Virus record (IMG/VR): IMGVR_UViG_3300009026_000007
Coordinates: 24,520-88,519 of that record
Source: a virus
Direction: 5' to 3' (one strand)
DNA length: 64,000 bases
Within the stretch, counting starts at the first letter, position 1. Each line of letters starts with the position of its first letter. Positions 9,756-18,280 of the stretch are shown here, in pieces. A program made the translations under genes and the position numbers. The notes under the pieces are model-generated. The model saw only the letters and a program-made list of their open reading frames with translations. It ran no database searches and was not told where the DNA came from.

Positions 9756-10007
9756 ATGAAATACCCAATTGCAAATATCCCTTATGCTGGTGATGCTGGT
9801 TATCGAGTAGTGGGCTTCAAGATTCAAGAAGGTGATGAGGCTTATGGTCTTTATGGCCTATCAGAACCTGCAACATGGTTCAATAAATTTATCAAACAAG
9901 GCATCAAAAATCATGACGGACAAAAGCTTTTGGTTGAGCATATACTGAATACAGACAAGGGTATCTCTGACACAACACGTCAAATTCTTGAGGGGTTTTT
10001 GAAATGA
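9756..10007 (+). CDS. hypothetical protein
   Basis: GGAGA SD. Confidence 0.65.
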   Translation: MKYPIANIPYAGDAGYRVVGFKIQEGDEAYGLYGLSEPATWFNKFIKQGIKNHDGQKLLVEHILNTDKGISDTTRQILEGFLK

Positions 10008-10291
10008 AATATTCAATTGAACAAAAGCGTCAACTACTCGATTCCTTCGCTGGTAAATATTACAGCATTGATTGGGTAAAATCTAACGGTGAGTCCCGTC
10101 AAGCAACAGTTCAACACATGCAACACAAGATGTTTGTAGGTGGTCACGCAACCAAGGCTAATGTCAGCACTGTTGCACACAAAATCGAGATGTATACGGC
10201 AGTGGATGTGGTTAAACAGGGCTGGATTAATGTGAATTTAAACACACTGAAACGTGTAAAGTGTGGTAATTTAGAAGTGGAATTTGAGTAA
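10004..10291 (+). CDS. SH3/WYL-like beta-barrel phage protein
   Basis: Pattern F/W-x-K-x-x-G-E-x-R...D-x-x-K-x-G-W-x-x-x-N. Confidence 0.5.
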   Translation: MKYSIEQKRQLLDSFAGKYYSIDWVKSNGESRQATVQHMQHKMFVGGHATKANVSTVAHKIEMYTAVDVVKQGWINVNLNTLKRVKCGNLEVEFE

Positions 10292-10356
10292 AATTACTTA
10301 TGCCGGTTGCCTACAGAGGCCGTCGGTCGTGATTTCTGATTATTTGGAGTTGGGTC

Positions 10357-10920
10357 ATGAATGAAGTGAAGCGGTATGACGAATATGAGTGCGGCGTGCG
10401 TGAATGTGCAGAATATGGCGAGTACGTTAAATCAGAAGACTTCGACCGGGTAACCGCCGAGCGTGACGCGGCGCTGGGGCGCGAGGATGCGTTGACCTTT
10501 GCATGTAACTCGTGCGCCCTAGAGGTAACCCAAATCAAAGAAAGCATGGCCTATCGCGGAAGCCTGCTATGCCGAGTTCAAGCTGAGCGTGACGCCCTGC
10601 AACAGCACCTGACCGCTGCGGATGAGCGGGCGGATGTGCTGGAGGGGTTGTTGCGTGAGGTTCAGAAGTCCGCGCGCAAGCAAGACTGGGCAAGTGGCTA
10701 TCCGACACTGTTCGCAAGTGTTGATGCCGCACTCAAGCCAGCAGAGGCCAAGCTGTGCAAGACCTGCAACGGTACGGGCATTGTGAGTGAAGGCGCCATG
10801 TACTGCTCTTCTGGCGGAATCCCTTTTGAGTGCGGCCCCATTGAGTGCGTGAAGGACTGCCCGGAGTGCACAAAACCATGGCCCAACTCCCCGCCTACTG
10901 CCAGTGCCTACTGGCAGTAG
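10357..10920 (+). CDS. Ead/Ea22-like coiled-coil protein with C-terminal CxxC motifs
   Basis: GEYVKxEDF...AERDAAL...LTAADERADVLEGLL; CKTCNGTG...DCPEC. Confidence 0.55.
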   Translation: MNEVKRYDEYECGVRECAEYGEYVKSEDFDRVTAERDAALGREDALTFACNSCALEVTQIKESMAYRGSLLCRVQAERDALQQHLTAADERADVLEGLLREVQKSARKQDWASGYPTLFASVDAALKPAEAKLCKTCNGTGIVSEGAMYCSSGGIPFECGPIECVKDCPECTKPWPNSPPTASAYWQ

Positions 10921-10946
10921 GCACAACTGATTTGCTGAGGTGATTT

Positions 10947-11093
10947 ATGAATAAGCCGGTCTGGTATTACGAGAGGGGGGCGCTTCGCGTCCTAATCGGA
11001 AATCTTGAGGTTATATGCCCCGATATAGGTCTGCCTCTAGTCAGGATGGTCGCCCTGACTATCCAGCACTGCAAGGAGTCGAAACTGTTATGA
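10947..11093 (+). CDS. small hypothetical protein (48 aa)
   Basis: GAGGTG SD, ATGA overlap with the next gene. Confidence 0.5.
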   Translation: MNKPVWYYERGALRVLIGNLEVICPDIGLPLVRMVALTIQHCKESKLL

Positions 11094-11517
11094 CCACCAA
11101 CCAAACGATTGACGGCGTGCCGCGTGAGGCATTCAAGTGGGCGTTAGAGCAGCTTGAGGAAGACGGGAACAAAGGCTGCGGCTACTTCGACAGTCTGCGC
11201 GCCCTGCTGGATTCGCCTGCCGTGCATCCTGATTTGGGCTCTAGTCCAGCCAACCACATGGCATGGCTACTGGACAAGGTAGTTAACCCTGGCGAATACC
11301 CGGTCCATGTTCTGCATGAGCAGATACGCTCAACATTGGAAGTTCTCGGTAAGCCAGCCGCCCAGCCCCAGGGCGAGCCGGTAGAACTGGCGGTGCTGCC
11401 AGAAAGAGCTGATCACAAAAGCGACAATGCCCCAACCCGGCATTCTGCGAAGATGAAGATTTCGCACATGGCTGGAACGCCTGCCTCGACGAAGTAAAGA
11501 GGCTGAATACCAAGTAA
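11090..11517 (+). pseudogene. Prophage-type hypothetical (MTTNQTIDGVPRE...GWNACLDEVKRLN) with an apparent frameshift near 11410-11430
   Basis: The conserved-looking C-terminus lies in another frame that ends at TAA 11515-11517. Confidence 0.55.
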
Positions 11518-11613
11518 CCGTTGACAACACCTAAATCTATGCTAATATCTACACAAAGGAGAAGGAAATAAGTCTTTCTCTGTTTGTTGATAATATAGGT
11601 TTAGGAGGTTTTT

Positions 11614-11814
11614 GTGTCACTTAAAATGTGTAAGTGCAAATCATGTGGGGTGCAGATTGGCGTTAAGTCTGGGTTGTCTGGTGGTGGGCATTGTGTTGCC
11701 TTGTTGCTTACATTGTTCACTGGGTTGCTATTTGCTCCAGTGTATTTGTTGATGATTCTGGTTAGTGGCAACACTCGTTGTTCACAATGTGGCAGTGTTG
11801 CTAAAGCTATTTAA
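11614..11814 (+). CDS. LITAF-like zinc-ribbon membrane protein
   Basis: CxxC, then a hydrophobic stretch, then CxxC. Confidence 0.55.
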   Translation: MSLKMCKCKSCGVQIGVKSGLSGGGHCVALLLTLFTGLLFAPVYLLMILVSGNTRCSQCGSVAKAI

Positions 11815-11825
11815 AGGAGAAATAT

Positions 11826-12269
11826 ATGGAATGGTTTTTGATTTATCTATTTGTAATGGTTGAACGCGTTGGTTCAATGCTTATGTTTGGTTGGCTGTTT
11901 TTCTGGCTAGGCATTGGTTTGATTGTATTTGCTTGTATTGTTTCAGCTTGTTTAACTGAAGGTTGGGATAATAAAACAACGTTTAAAGATCATTGGACAG
12001 AGCACGCTTTCATTAAGTTACTCAAACGAAGCGCTAAGATTCTTATTCCCTTTGGTTTTCTCATTGGAACAATTGGTTTTCTCATGCCAAGCCAGAAGGA
12101 CGCAGCTATCATTGTAGGCAGTGGAGTCACTTACAATGTTTTGACAAGTGAAACAGGTAAACGCCTTGGCGGGAAGGCTGTTGAATTGCTGGAGCAGAAG
12201 ATTGACAATGCTTTGAATGATAAACCTATAGAGCCAGAAAAACCTAAGACCAAGGGTCAATCACTATAA
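11826..12269 (+). CDS. membrane protein
   Basis: Two hydrophobic segments; AAGGAG SD. Confidence 0.7.
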   Translation: MEWFLIYLFVMVERVGSMLMFGWLFFWLGIGLIVFACIVSACLTEGWDNKTTFKDHWTEHAFIKLLKRSAKILIPFGFLIGTIGFLMPSQKDAAIIVGSGVTYNVLTSETGKRLGGKAVELLEQKIDNALNDKPIEPEKPKTKGQSL

Positions 12270-12288
12270 ATAATCTGAAATTTCTTTC

Positions 12289-12315
12289 AAAGGCCCTTGA
12301 CGGGCCTTTTCTTTT
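12289..12315 (+). terminator. Rho-independent terminator
   Basis: AAAGGCCC-TTGAC-GGGCCTTT followed by a T-rich tail. Confidence 0.8.
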
Positions 12316-12362
12316 GCCTTAGAATTGACCTAACGAAACAGATAAAGCCTTTGAGGTGTATC

Positions 12363-12941
12363 ATGAGAAATTACATTGTAGCAAGCTGGAACGACGCTGA
12401 TCAATATGACTACTCTGGTCAGATGGTCGGTAATCGCCAGTCTAAATCTCAGAAGGTACACTTCAATCCTGATGGATCAGCTTGTACAGCCTCTTATGCT
12501 GATCCTACAGATAAAGTAGCCCGCAAAACATCTATCCCACTTCGTCAACGTATCCTCCCACAAGAAGTGCGTTTGAACACTCTTGACACTCAAATAGAAG
12601 AACTCAATCAAGAGTATAATTCTAATAGAATGTCTTATGGTGAATATGTACAACTCAAGACAATCCTTGACAAAAAGAGAGCAAGGGCTTGGGAGTTGTA
12701 TGTAAAAGCTGGTGGGGTTGTCCAAGAATCAATTGAAGAGGATGAATTATCGATAGAATCAGCCTATGAAATCAACGATAGTTATTCAGCTAACTCCGTG
12801 TGTGGGGTAGGGATTATCGACGATTTGAGTGATGAAAATTGCCTGAAAGTATTTTTACAAAAGGCTTGCACGATAGCTAAAAGTTTAGTAAAGTTGTCTC
12901 AACGGGCAAAAGCCTATTACCAAGAATTAAAAGAGGTGTAA
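12363..12941 (+). CDS. hypothetical protein
   Basis: GAGGTG SD, ATG 12363. Confidence 0.7.
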   Translation: MRNYIVASWNDADQYDYSGQMVGNRQSKSQKVHFNPDGSACTASYADPTDKVARKTSIPLRQRILPQEVRLNTLDTQIEELNQEYNSNRMSYGEYVQLKTILDKKRARAWELYVKAGGVVQESIEEDELSIESAYEINDSYSANSVCGVGIIDDLSDENCLKVFLQKACTIAKSLVKLSQRAKAYYQELKEV

Positions 12942-12942
12942 G

Positions 12943-13188
12943 ATGATTACTGTAAATGAAAAACAAGCAAACGTAGAAGAGTTTGAAGTTGGTACAGTTA
13001 TTTACGATTCAAAAGCGGGAAAAGATCCTAAAGATTGTCTTATTCTGATTGTAGAGGGTTACGACACAATCAACGAAGGTTGCTTTGCTGGTATTTACTT
13101 GAAAAGTCTTCGATACAGCGATGGACTAAGTAAAACCCACGCCGACTGGAAACTTTTTACTGGTAGTATCACAATTCAAAACGATTAG
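12943..13188 (+). CDS. hypothetical protein
   Basis: GAGGTG SD. Confidence 0.65.
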   Translation: MITVNEKQANVEEFEVGTVIYDSKAGKDPKDCLILIVEGYDTINEGCFAGIYLKSLRYSDGLSKTHADWKLFTGSITIQND

Positions 13189-13196
13189 GTGATATC

Positions 13197-13388
13197 ATGA
13201 ACATCCTCCCAAATGACATTGTATACGTCTTAAATAAATCCTCTACAGCTATTGTATTGTGTACGTATGGGCGTGACATCAAGTCGTCATCACCTTACAG
13301 TAAGCATAACAAGACACAAGCTTGCCTTAAGAGTCCAATTGAAGGTAAGCGTTATTGGAGCATTAACGATTTGAATAAGGTGGTGTGA
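13197..13388 (+). CDS. hypothetical protein
   Basis: Operon packing. Confidence 0.6.
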   Translation: MNILPNDIVYVLNKSSTAIVLCTYGRDIKSSSPYSKHNKTQACLKSPIEGKRYWSINDLNKVV

Positions 13389-13389
13389 G

Positions 13390-13719
13390 ATGGACAAATA
13401 CCAAGCTTTGTTTGTACGAGCAATTAAAAGTAAATCTCCCGATTTTCGTGTTAAACGTCTTTACTCTAGGTTTTATTGTTCACAGGTAGCTGAAATCCAC
13501 ATCTGTCGAGTAGTAAGTAAAATCGTAGAACATAACAACTTAATGTCTACTAAAGATTGGATTGATGGACTTAACCCCATTAATGGTTGGATGTACGGTA
13601 TTGATGAGAATACAAGCTACTACGAACGCTGCAACAAGTTAATGTATAGCTTTATTCGATTAACCGAAATCAGCAAGTTTGATAAATTTCCTCTACCAGC
13701 ATTCTGGAGAAACAAATGA
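13390..13719 (+). CDS. hypothetical protein
   Basis: Operon packing. Confidence 0.65.
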   Translation: MDKYQALFVRAIKSKSPDFRVKRLYSRFYCSQVAEIHICRVVSKIVEHNNLMSTKDWIDGLNPINGWMYGIDENTSYYERCNKLMYSFIRLTEISKFDKFPLPAFWRNK

Positions 13720-14159
13720 CAAACACACAAGCATTCACTAAAGCTTTCTCCTTGCTTGAGAAGGGGATTAAGGCTAAGCTGTATAAATCTAATGGAATGT
13801 GGGTTTGTGAGGAAGTGAAATGAATAAGTATGATGACAGTGTAATAAGCCAAGCTTACTTAAATGGCTATCAAGACTTTGAGAATCATGGTTATGATGTA
13901 CCTTGTCCATATCACCCTGAGACAAAAGAATCAAGTTATTGGACTATCGGTTTTAACGATGCTGTTAAAGACCATTCTGAATATAAGAGTAGCTACTAAT
14001 GAAACATATCCAACAACACAATGAACAAACATCTTTCCAGAAATTCGTTAAGACATCTAAGCGAGAAGTCTTTGAGGGATTGTATCCTAAAGAAGATAAC
14101 CCTAAGAAAAGTTATAGTAAGCAACGATCATTTAAACGAGATATGTGGAGTGTTGAGTG

Positions 14160-14333
14160 ATGGAAAGTTTTGAGGTTCTTAAATTTCATGTCGCCAAGTT
14201 TAATTACTCGCTTGATGACTACGAACAAATGTCTAATTCCATGAACTTAACAGCTTGCAGACTCTTTATTAAAAATTGTCGAGAGAAGTACCCCAACGCA
14301 GAATATGTTATTATTGCTGTCCTTGACGAGTGA
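14160..14333 (+). CDS. 57-aa protein, paralog of 16338-16511
   Basis: MESFEVLKF...FIKNCRE...YVIIAVLDE. Confidence 0.65.
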   Translation: MESFEVLKFHVAKFNYSLDDYEQMSNSMNLTACRLFIKNCREKYPNAEYVIIAVLDE

Positions 14334-14339
14334 TTAAAT

Positions 14340-14516
14340 ATGAACCCTTTTAATGTTGGTGCAAAGGTATTGTGTGTCCAAGGTACTGCTGATCTTAAGT
14401 CTGGAGATTATTACACTGTTAAGGTTATCTATGAAAGTGTCTATAATTATACATATGAACTAGAAGAACTTCCAGATATGTATTGGAGTCATTTACGTTT
14501 CGTAGAGGTTGATTAG
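14340..14516 (+). CDS. small hypothetical protein
   Basis: MNPFNVGAKVLCV..., 58 aa. Confidence 0.6.
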   Translation: MNPFNVGAKVLCVQGTADLKSGDYYTVKVIYESVYNYTYELEELPDMYWSHLRFVEVD

Positions 14517-14518
14517 AC

Positions 14519-14830
14519 ATGAAATTCATTGAAAACAATACATACACTCTACAAACTGACTATTACAACAGTGTTAAAGTAGTGTGTACTTATATTGAGG
14601 ATAATACTGTTTGGTTAGTTCAACACTCATCATTCAGTTTTGTAGGTAATCTGTCAGAGTATAAGCTTGATAGGAAGACTGATAAGCTGTATAAATGGGA
14701 CTGTAAGTTTCCGGGTTGGGAAGCTATTGAGAACACGTTGTCTGAAGAGACAGTGGAGGATGTGTGGTCTAAAGAATGGGCAATAGCTCTGACTATTATT
14801 CTGGGGTTGGTCAGGATTGAATATGAATAA
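14519..14830 (+). CDS. hypothetical protein
   Basis: GAGG SD. Confidence 0.6.
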   Translation: MKFIENNTYTLQTDYYNSVKVVCTYIEDNTVWLVQHSSFSFVGNLSEYKLDRKTDKLYKWDCKFPGWEAIENTLSEETVEDVWSKEWAIALTIILGLVRIEYE

Positions 14831-15089
14831 TTGGATTGATGTAAACCATAAGCTACCATTTACACCTAAAGATCTAGAAGAATCAAAAACATTAGGGATG
14901 AACTGGTATAGCAGTGATCCTGTTCTTTGTGTAGTAGATTCTCCGTTTACACCTAAGCTTGTAATAGCTATCTTACAGTTTGATGGTTATGCAAAGAAGT
15001 GGGGAGATATAGACAGAGACGAATATCGAGGAACAGCGAAGGTCACTCACTGGCAACCGCTGCCAGGGCTACCAAACAAGTCAAAATAA
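14823..15089 (+). CDS. DUF551-like protein
   Basis: WIDVxxKLP...VTHWQPLP. Confidence 0.75.
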   Translation: MNNWIDVNHKLPFTPKDLEESKTLGMNWYSSDPVLCVVDSPFTPKLVIAILQFDGYAKKWGDIDRDEYRGTAKVTHWQPLPGLPNKSK

Positions 15090-15093
15090 ACCC

Positions 15094-15122
15094 TTGACGG
15101 GATACTAACAACCCTGTAAACT
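15094..15122 (+). promoter_or_regulatory. sigma70-like promoter
   Basis: TTGACG-17-TAAACT. Confidence 0.7.
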
Positions 15123-15159
15123 CAATCCTAACAGAACGACATTCTCTAGGAACACAGCC

Positions 15160-15303
15160 ATGAAGCAATTAAGAACACCAATGTTTACAATGCTTGATGG
15201 ATCAGAGGTTGTTTTGTTACAGCCCTATTGGAATGCTTATACACATAAGCTGTTCTTGGTGCTTGGTGACCATGGGATGTATTGTCCTGTGGTTTTTGAT
15301 TAA
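15160..15303 (+). CDS. 47-aa promoter-proximal protein, copy A
   Basis: MKQLRTPMFTMLDGSEVVLLQPYWNAYTHKLFLVLGDHGMYCPVVFD; near-identical copy at 17147. Confidence 0.75.
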   Translation: MKQLRTPMFTMLDGSEVVLLQPYWNAYTHKLFLVLGDHGMYCPVVFD

Positions 15304-15313
15304 GGTGAATGTT

Positions 15314-15562
15314 ATGTCTACTTGGCAAACAAGCATAGTGAAAGCCAGAGCCTATGCCAAAGAGTTGGGTGTATCTCACATTAAAGACAGAAGTCACATA
15401 TCATTAATAAATGCGATTAATGATTGCTTGAATGATGAAGTAGATGTAGAATCAATTAAACGCAATATGCTTGATGTTGATTACACACAAAACCTTATGT
15501 CAAACATCCTCAATGAAGTTAGCCTTCAGACAGGAATTTCTGTAGATAACCTAAAAGGATAA
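15314..15562 (+). CDS. hypothetical protein
   Basis: AAGGTG SD, ATG 15314. Confidence 0.6.
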   Translation: MSTWQTSIVKARAYAKELGVSHIKDRSHISLINAINDCLNDEVDVESIKRNMLDVDYTQNLMSNILNEVSLQTGISVDNLKG

Positions 15563-15568
15563 TTAAAT

Positions 15569-15760
15569 ATGAAAGGTGAAGATCTTAAAAAGCTTCTGTG
15601 TTATGTTTATAACAATGGTTACCAGGCAGGACATTACGATACTGTTGAAGGGGGCTACACAGATGTTATGTTTGTTGACTTTACAGATTATTACGAAAAG
15701 GAAACTCAAGAGTTATTGGCTGAATTCCTTAGTGCTTACGTTTATTGCAAAGTTACATAA
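15569..15760 (+). CDS. hypothetical protein
   Basis: Operon packing. Confidence 0.6.
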   Translation: MKGEDLKKLLCYVYNNGYQAGHYDTVEGGYTDVMFVDFTDYYEKETQELLAEFLSAYVYCKVT

Positions 15761-15774
15761 TTAAGGAATATTAT

Positions 15775-16314
15775 ATGCATTCTGGATTAGATAATATAAG
15801 TCTGCAAAAACAAACAGCAGAACTGTTATATAAGCAAATAACCATCATTGACCCAGAATGCATTCTGGTAGGAGGTGCCCCAAGAGATTGGTACTTTAAC
15901 CAAGAAGCCACCGATCTAGATTTTTTCTTTGTTCCTAGTGCAGAAATTTCTATCCAGTATTTAATGTCACTATTAGGAATATCCTTAGTTAGTCGTAGAG
16001 GAACAACAGCACACCATCTCTGTGAGAAAATGCCAGGACCACTAAAGATATGGGAAGCTGTGTTTAACAGTATTAAGATACAGTTGGTTGAAATATCTTC
16101 CAAAGAGATTATGAGTGTTGCTGTTGATGAACTTCATTTATCAATATCTAAGATTGTCTGGTTGCCCTCAGATAACTTCAAAATCCATAAAGATTTTAGT
16201 AAGACACTTGAAACAAGTATTATCTATGGTAAGAGTGGCTATGATTTAAATAGCCCATACGCACAGAAAATACTAGCTAAATATAGCCCTTTAGGGTATT
16301 CTCTAGACTTATAA
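15775..16314 (+). CDS. nucleotidyltransferase (CCA-adding/poly(A) polymerase head domain only)
   Basis: LVGGAPRD...TDLDFF class-II NTase signature. Confidence 0.75.
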   Translation: MHSGLDNISLQKQTAELLYKQITIIDPECILVGGAPRDWYFNQEATDLDFFFVPSAEISIQYLMSLLGISLVSRRGTTAHHLCEKMPGPLKIWEAVFNSIKIQLVEISSKEIMSVAVDELHLSISKIVWLPSDNFKIHKDFSKTLETSIIYGKSGYDLNSPYAQKILAKYSPLGYSLDL

Positions 16315-16337
16315 ACTCTAAATTGAAAAGGTGTAAA

Positions 16338-16511
16338 ATGAATAGAGATAATTTTGAAGTTATGCGCTATCTGGTTGTTGAGTACGTGGGTGACTCCATG
16401 GTTCAGATTAGCCCGTCTTTGAGTTTGGAAAATGCACGTAATTTTATCAAAAATAGTCGTGAATGCGAACCAAAGGTAGAGTTTTACATTATCGCAGTTC
16501 TTGAGGAATAA
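16338..16511 (+). CDS. 57-aa protein, paralog of 14160-14333
   Basis: MNRDNFEVMRY...FIKNSRE...FYIIAVLEE. Confidence 0.65.
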   Translation: MNRDNFEVMRYLVVEYVGDSMVQISPSLSLENARNFIKNSRECEPKVEFYIIAVLEE

Positions 16512-16514
16512 CCT

Positions 16515-16616
16515 ATGTACTCCCTAAAAGACATTGTACGAATCAATGATATCCTTTCTGAATATCATGGTGTTAAATGTGTTGTTGTGAAGAAAGGAAG
16601 AGAAAAACTCTTCTAA
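16515..16616 (+). pseudogene. Truncated duplicate of 18086-18280
   Basis: First ~82 nt nearly identical to 18086 onward, then divergence and a stop after 33 aa. Confidence 0.65.
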
Positions 16617-16634
16617 AGACAAAGAGTAGCATAC

Positions 16635-17066
16635 ATGAACGCAAACATCGGCAAACTGAACAGCGGTAAATGCTATGTCTACCTGAACGGTTACAAAGAT
16701 GAACCCTTCTATGGTACTGAACAAGAATGTGAACAAGCAATTATTGAGTATGGTGTTGCTGATCCAATCCCTGTCTTTTGTGATGGTGTAGACCTAACTA
16801 CCAGCAAAACAGGTACAAAGCAAGCTCAAGCTGAAAAGATCAATACACCTACAAAAGCTGTCTATAAGATTGTAGAGACTTTCCGATACACCTTGACAAG
16901 TAAAGAGTGGTATGGTGGCGATCAGTATGGTGTAATCGAAGCTTACAACAAAACAGAAGCTCGTAAGTTGATTGCGGAAGCTTATCGTCAGGATACACCG
17001 CGTAATGCTAAAGCTTGTGGGTTTGTTCCTTGGAGTCAAGTTAAAATTATATGGGAAGAGGAGTAA
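16635..17066 (+). CDS. hypothetical protein
   Basis: 143-aa ORF. Confidence 0.7.
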   Translation: MNANIGKLNSGKCYVYLNGYKDEPFYGTEQECEQAIIEYGVADPIPVFCDGVDLTTSKTGTKQAQAEKINTPTKAVYKIVETFRYTLTSKEWYGGDQYGVIEAYNKTEARKLIAEAYRQDTPRNAKACGFVPWSQVKIIWEEE

Positions 17067-17083
17067 TTTTACAGAATCTCTTC

Positions 17084-17112
17084 TTGACACATTGAGGAGA
17101 CTCCAATAATAT
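17084..17112 (+). promoter_or_regulatory. sigma70-like promoter
   Basis: TTGACA-17-TAATAT. Confidence 0.75.
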
Positions 17113-17146
17113 TGTTATATAGACAAAGCAAAAGAGAACAATAACC

Positions 17147-17290
17147 ATGAAGCAATTAAGAACCCCAATGTTTACAATGCTTGATGGCTCAGTAGTTGTT
17201 CTGTTCCAACCCTATTGGAATGCTTATACACATAAGCTGTTCTTAGTGTTAGGCGATTATAGGATGTATTGTCCAGTGGTTTTTGATTAA
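17147..17290 (+). CDS. 47-aa promoter-proximal protein, copy B
   Basis: MKQLRTPMFTMLDGSVVVLFQPYWNAYTHKLFLVLGDYRMYCPVVFD. Confidence 0.75.
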   Translation: MKQLRTPMFTMLDGSVVVLFQPYWNAYTHKLFLVLGDYRMYCPVVFD

Positions 17291-17304
17291 CTAGGAGAGA
17301 CAAA

Positions 17305-17625
17305 ATGAAAGTATCAATGTCAGCAGGCGGTACAGTTAAGTGGTTTGCAGTGACTGTAGCCTCTAGTGAAGGTGAAACCACACATCTTCCAGGTTCTAAG
17401 TTCAACCAACTTATTGAGCACCCTGATTGGGATTCTGATAACATTGAGCTTAAGATTAGTCTAAACGGTGTTGAATTTGAAAATCTTGACGATATCTTTG
17501 AACGTTTAGACAAACACATTGAAAAAGAAGCTCAGCAAATGAGTGAAGATAATACATTGATTTTGGCTAAACTTCATGCTATTCAGGATATAATCAATAA
17601 ATCCTCTATTGAAGAGTTTGAGTAA
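17305..17625 (+). CDS. hypothetical protein
   Basis: AGGAGAG SD. Confidence 0.7.
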   Translation: MKVSMSAGGTVKWFAVTVASSEGETTHLPGSKFNQLIEHPDWDSDNIELKISLNGVEFENLDDIFERLDKHIEKEAQQMSEDNTLILAKLHAIQDIINKSSIEEFE

Positions 17626-17632
17626 TAATCCA

Positions 17633-17812
17633 ATGAAAGTAGTAGACCTCCATTCAGCAGAGAAACCCTTGATGACTCTAAAGCAAATAAATGATGCTAT
17701 TGAAGGCTTTAAAGTGTTTGCACAATTGAATCATGGCTATTATACTAGTCTTATTGAGCAAGGGTTTACAGAAGCCCAAGCGTTAGAGATTGTTAAGGCT
17801 TATAAATTCTAA
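17633..17812 (+). CDS. hypothetical protein (GFTEAQALEIV type)
   Basis: ORF packing. Confidence 0.6.
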   Translation: MKVVDLHSAEKPLMTLKQINDAIEGFKVFAQLNHGYYTSLIEQGFTEAQALEIVKAYKF

Positions 17813-17826
17813 CTTGAGGTGTGATT

Positions 17827-18081
17827 ATGGCTTGGCAAGAGATTGAAGATAAGATACAGGCTTTAGGTTTTGCTCTTTTTAAAGATTCTAAACCAGATGT
17901 TGGTAAGACTTTTGAAGGTGTACGCATGTGGCAACCAAAGGGTTTTGGTGGGGTTATCTTGAGGACTGAATATCTATCAGTAGATGCTCTACGTGATTCT
18001 GAATTTAATTACACTGACCTTACTAATAAAGACAAAGGTTTAGCTTCTTCTGAATGGGTTGGTTGGAAATATAAGGAATAA
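17827..18081 (+). CDS. hypothetical protein
   Basis: GAGGTG SD. Confidence 0.65.
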   Translation: MAWQEIEDKIQALGFALFKDSKPDVGKTFEGVRMWQPKGFGGVILRTEYLSVDALRDSEFNYTDLTNKDKGLASSEWVGWKYKE

Positions 18082-18085
18082 GCCC

Positions 18086-18280
18086 ATGTACTCCCTAAAA
18101 GACATTGTACGAATCAATGACATCCTTTCTGAATATCATAGTGTTAAATGTGTTGTTGTGAAGAAAGGGAAGAAGTATTATGATGTAGAGACATTGAACA
18201 CAAAGACTAGAATTCGAGTGGTGCAAGAACAGATTATTGGGATGGTCCGTACTAACGTACTTGGGAGTGTTAACAAATGA
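18086..18280 (+). CDS. KOW/SH3-like small protein
   Basis: MYSLKDIVRIND...YYDVE; AAGGA SD. Confidence 0.6.
   Translation: MYSLKDIVRINDILSEYHSVKCVVVKKGKKYYDVETLNTKTRIRVVQEQIIGMVRTNVLGSVNK

Larger units (their letters stand above)
10300..11520 (+). mobile_element. GC-rich horizontally acquired segment resembling a Pseudomonas temperate phage
   Basis: Abrupt change to GC-rich codons; proteins typical of lambdoid early regions. Confidence 0.65.

Noticed and set aside
12805-12812. KOPS-like GGGTAGGG oriented toward dif
   Set aside because: A single occurrence inside a CDS is not evidence of polarised KOPS without a genome-wide count.
15194-15313. N-terminal extension of the 122-aa ORF in the track
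   Set aside because: It overlaps the duplicated 47-aa gene, whose frame is supported by synonymous changes; the true start is probably 15314.
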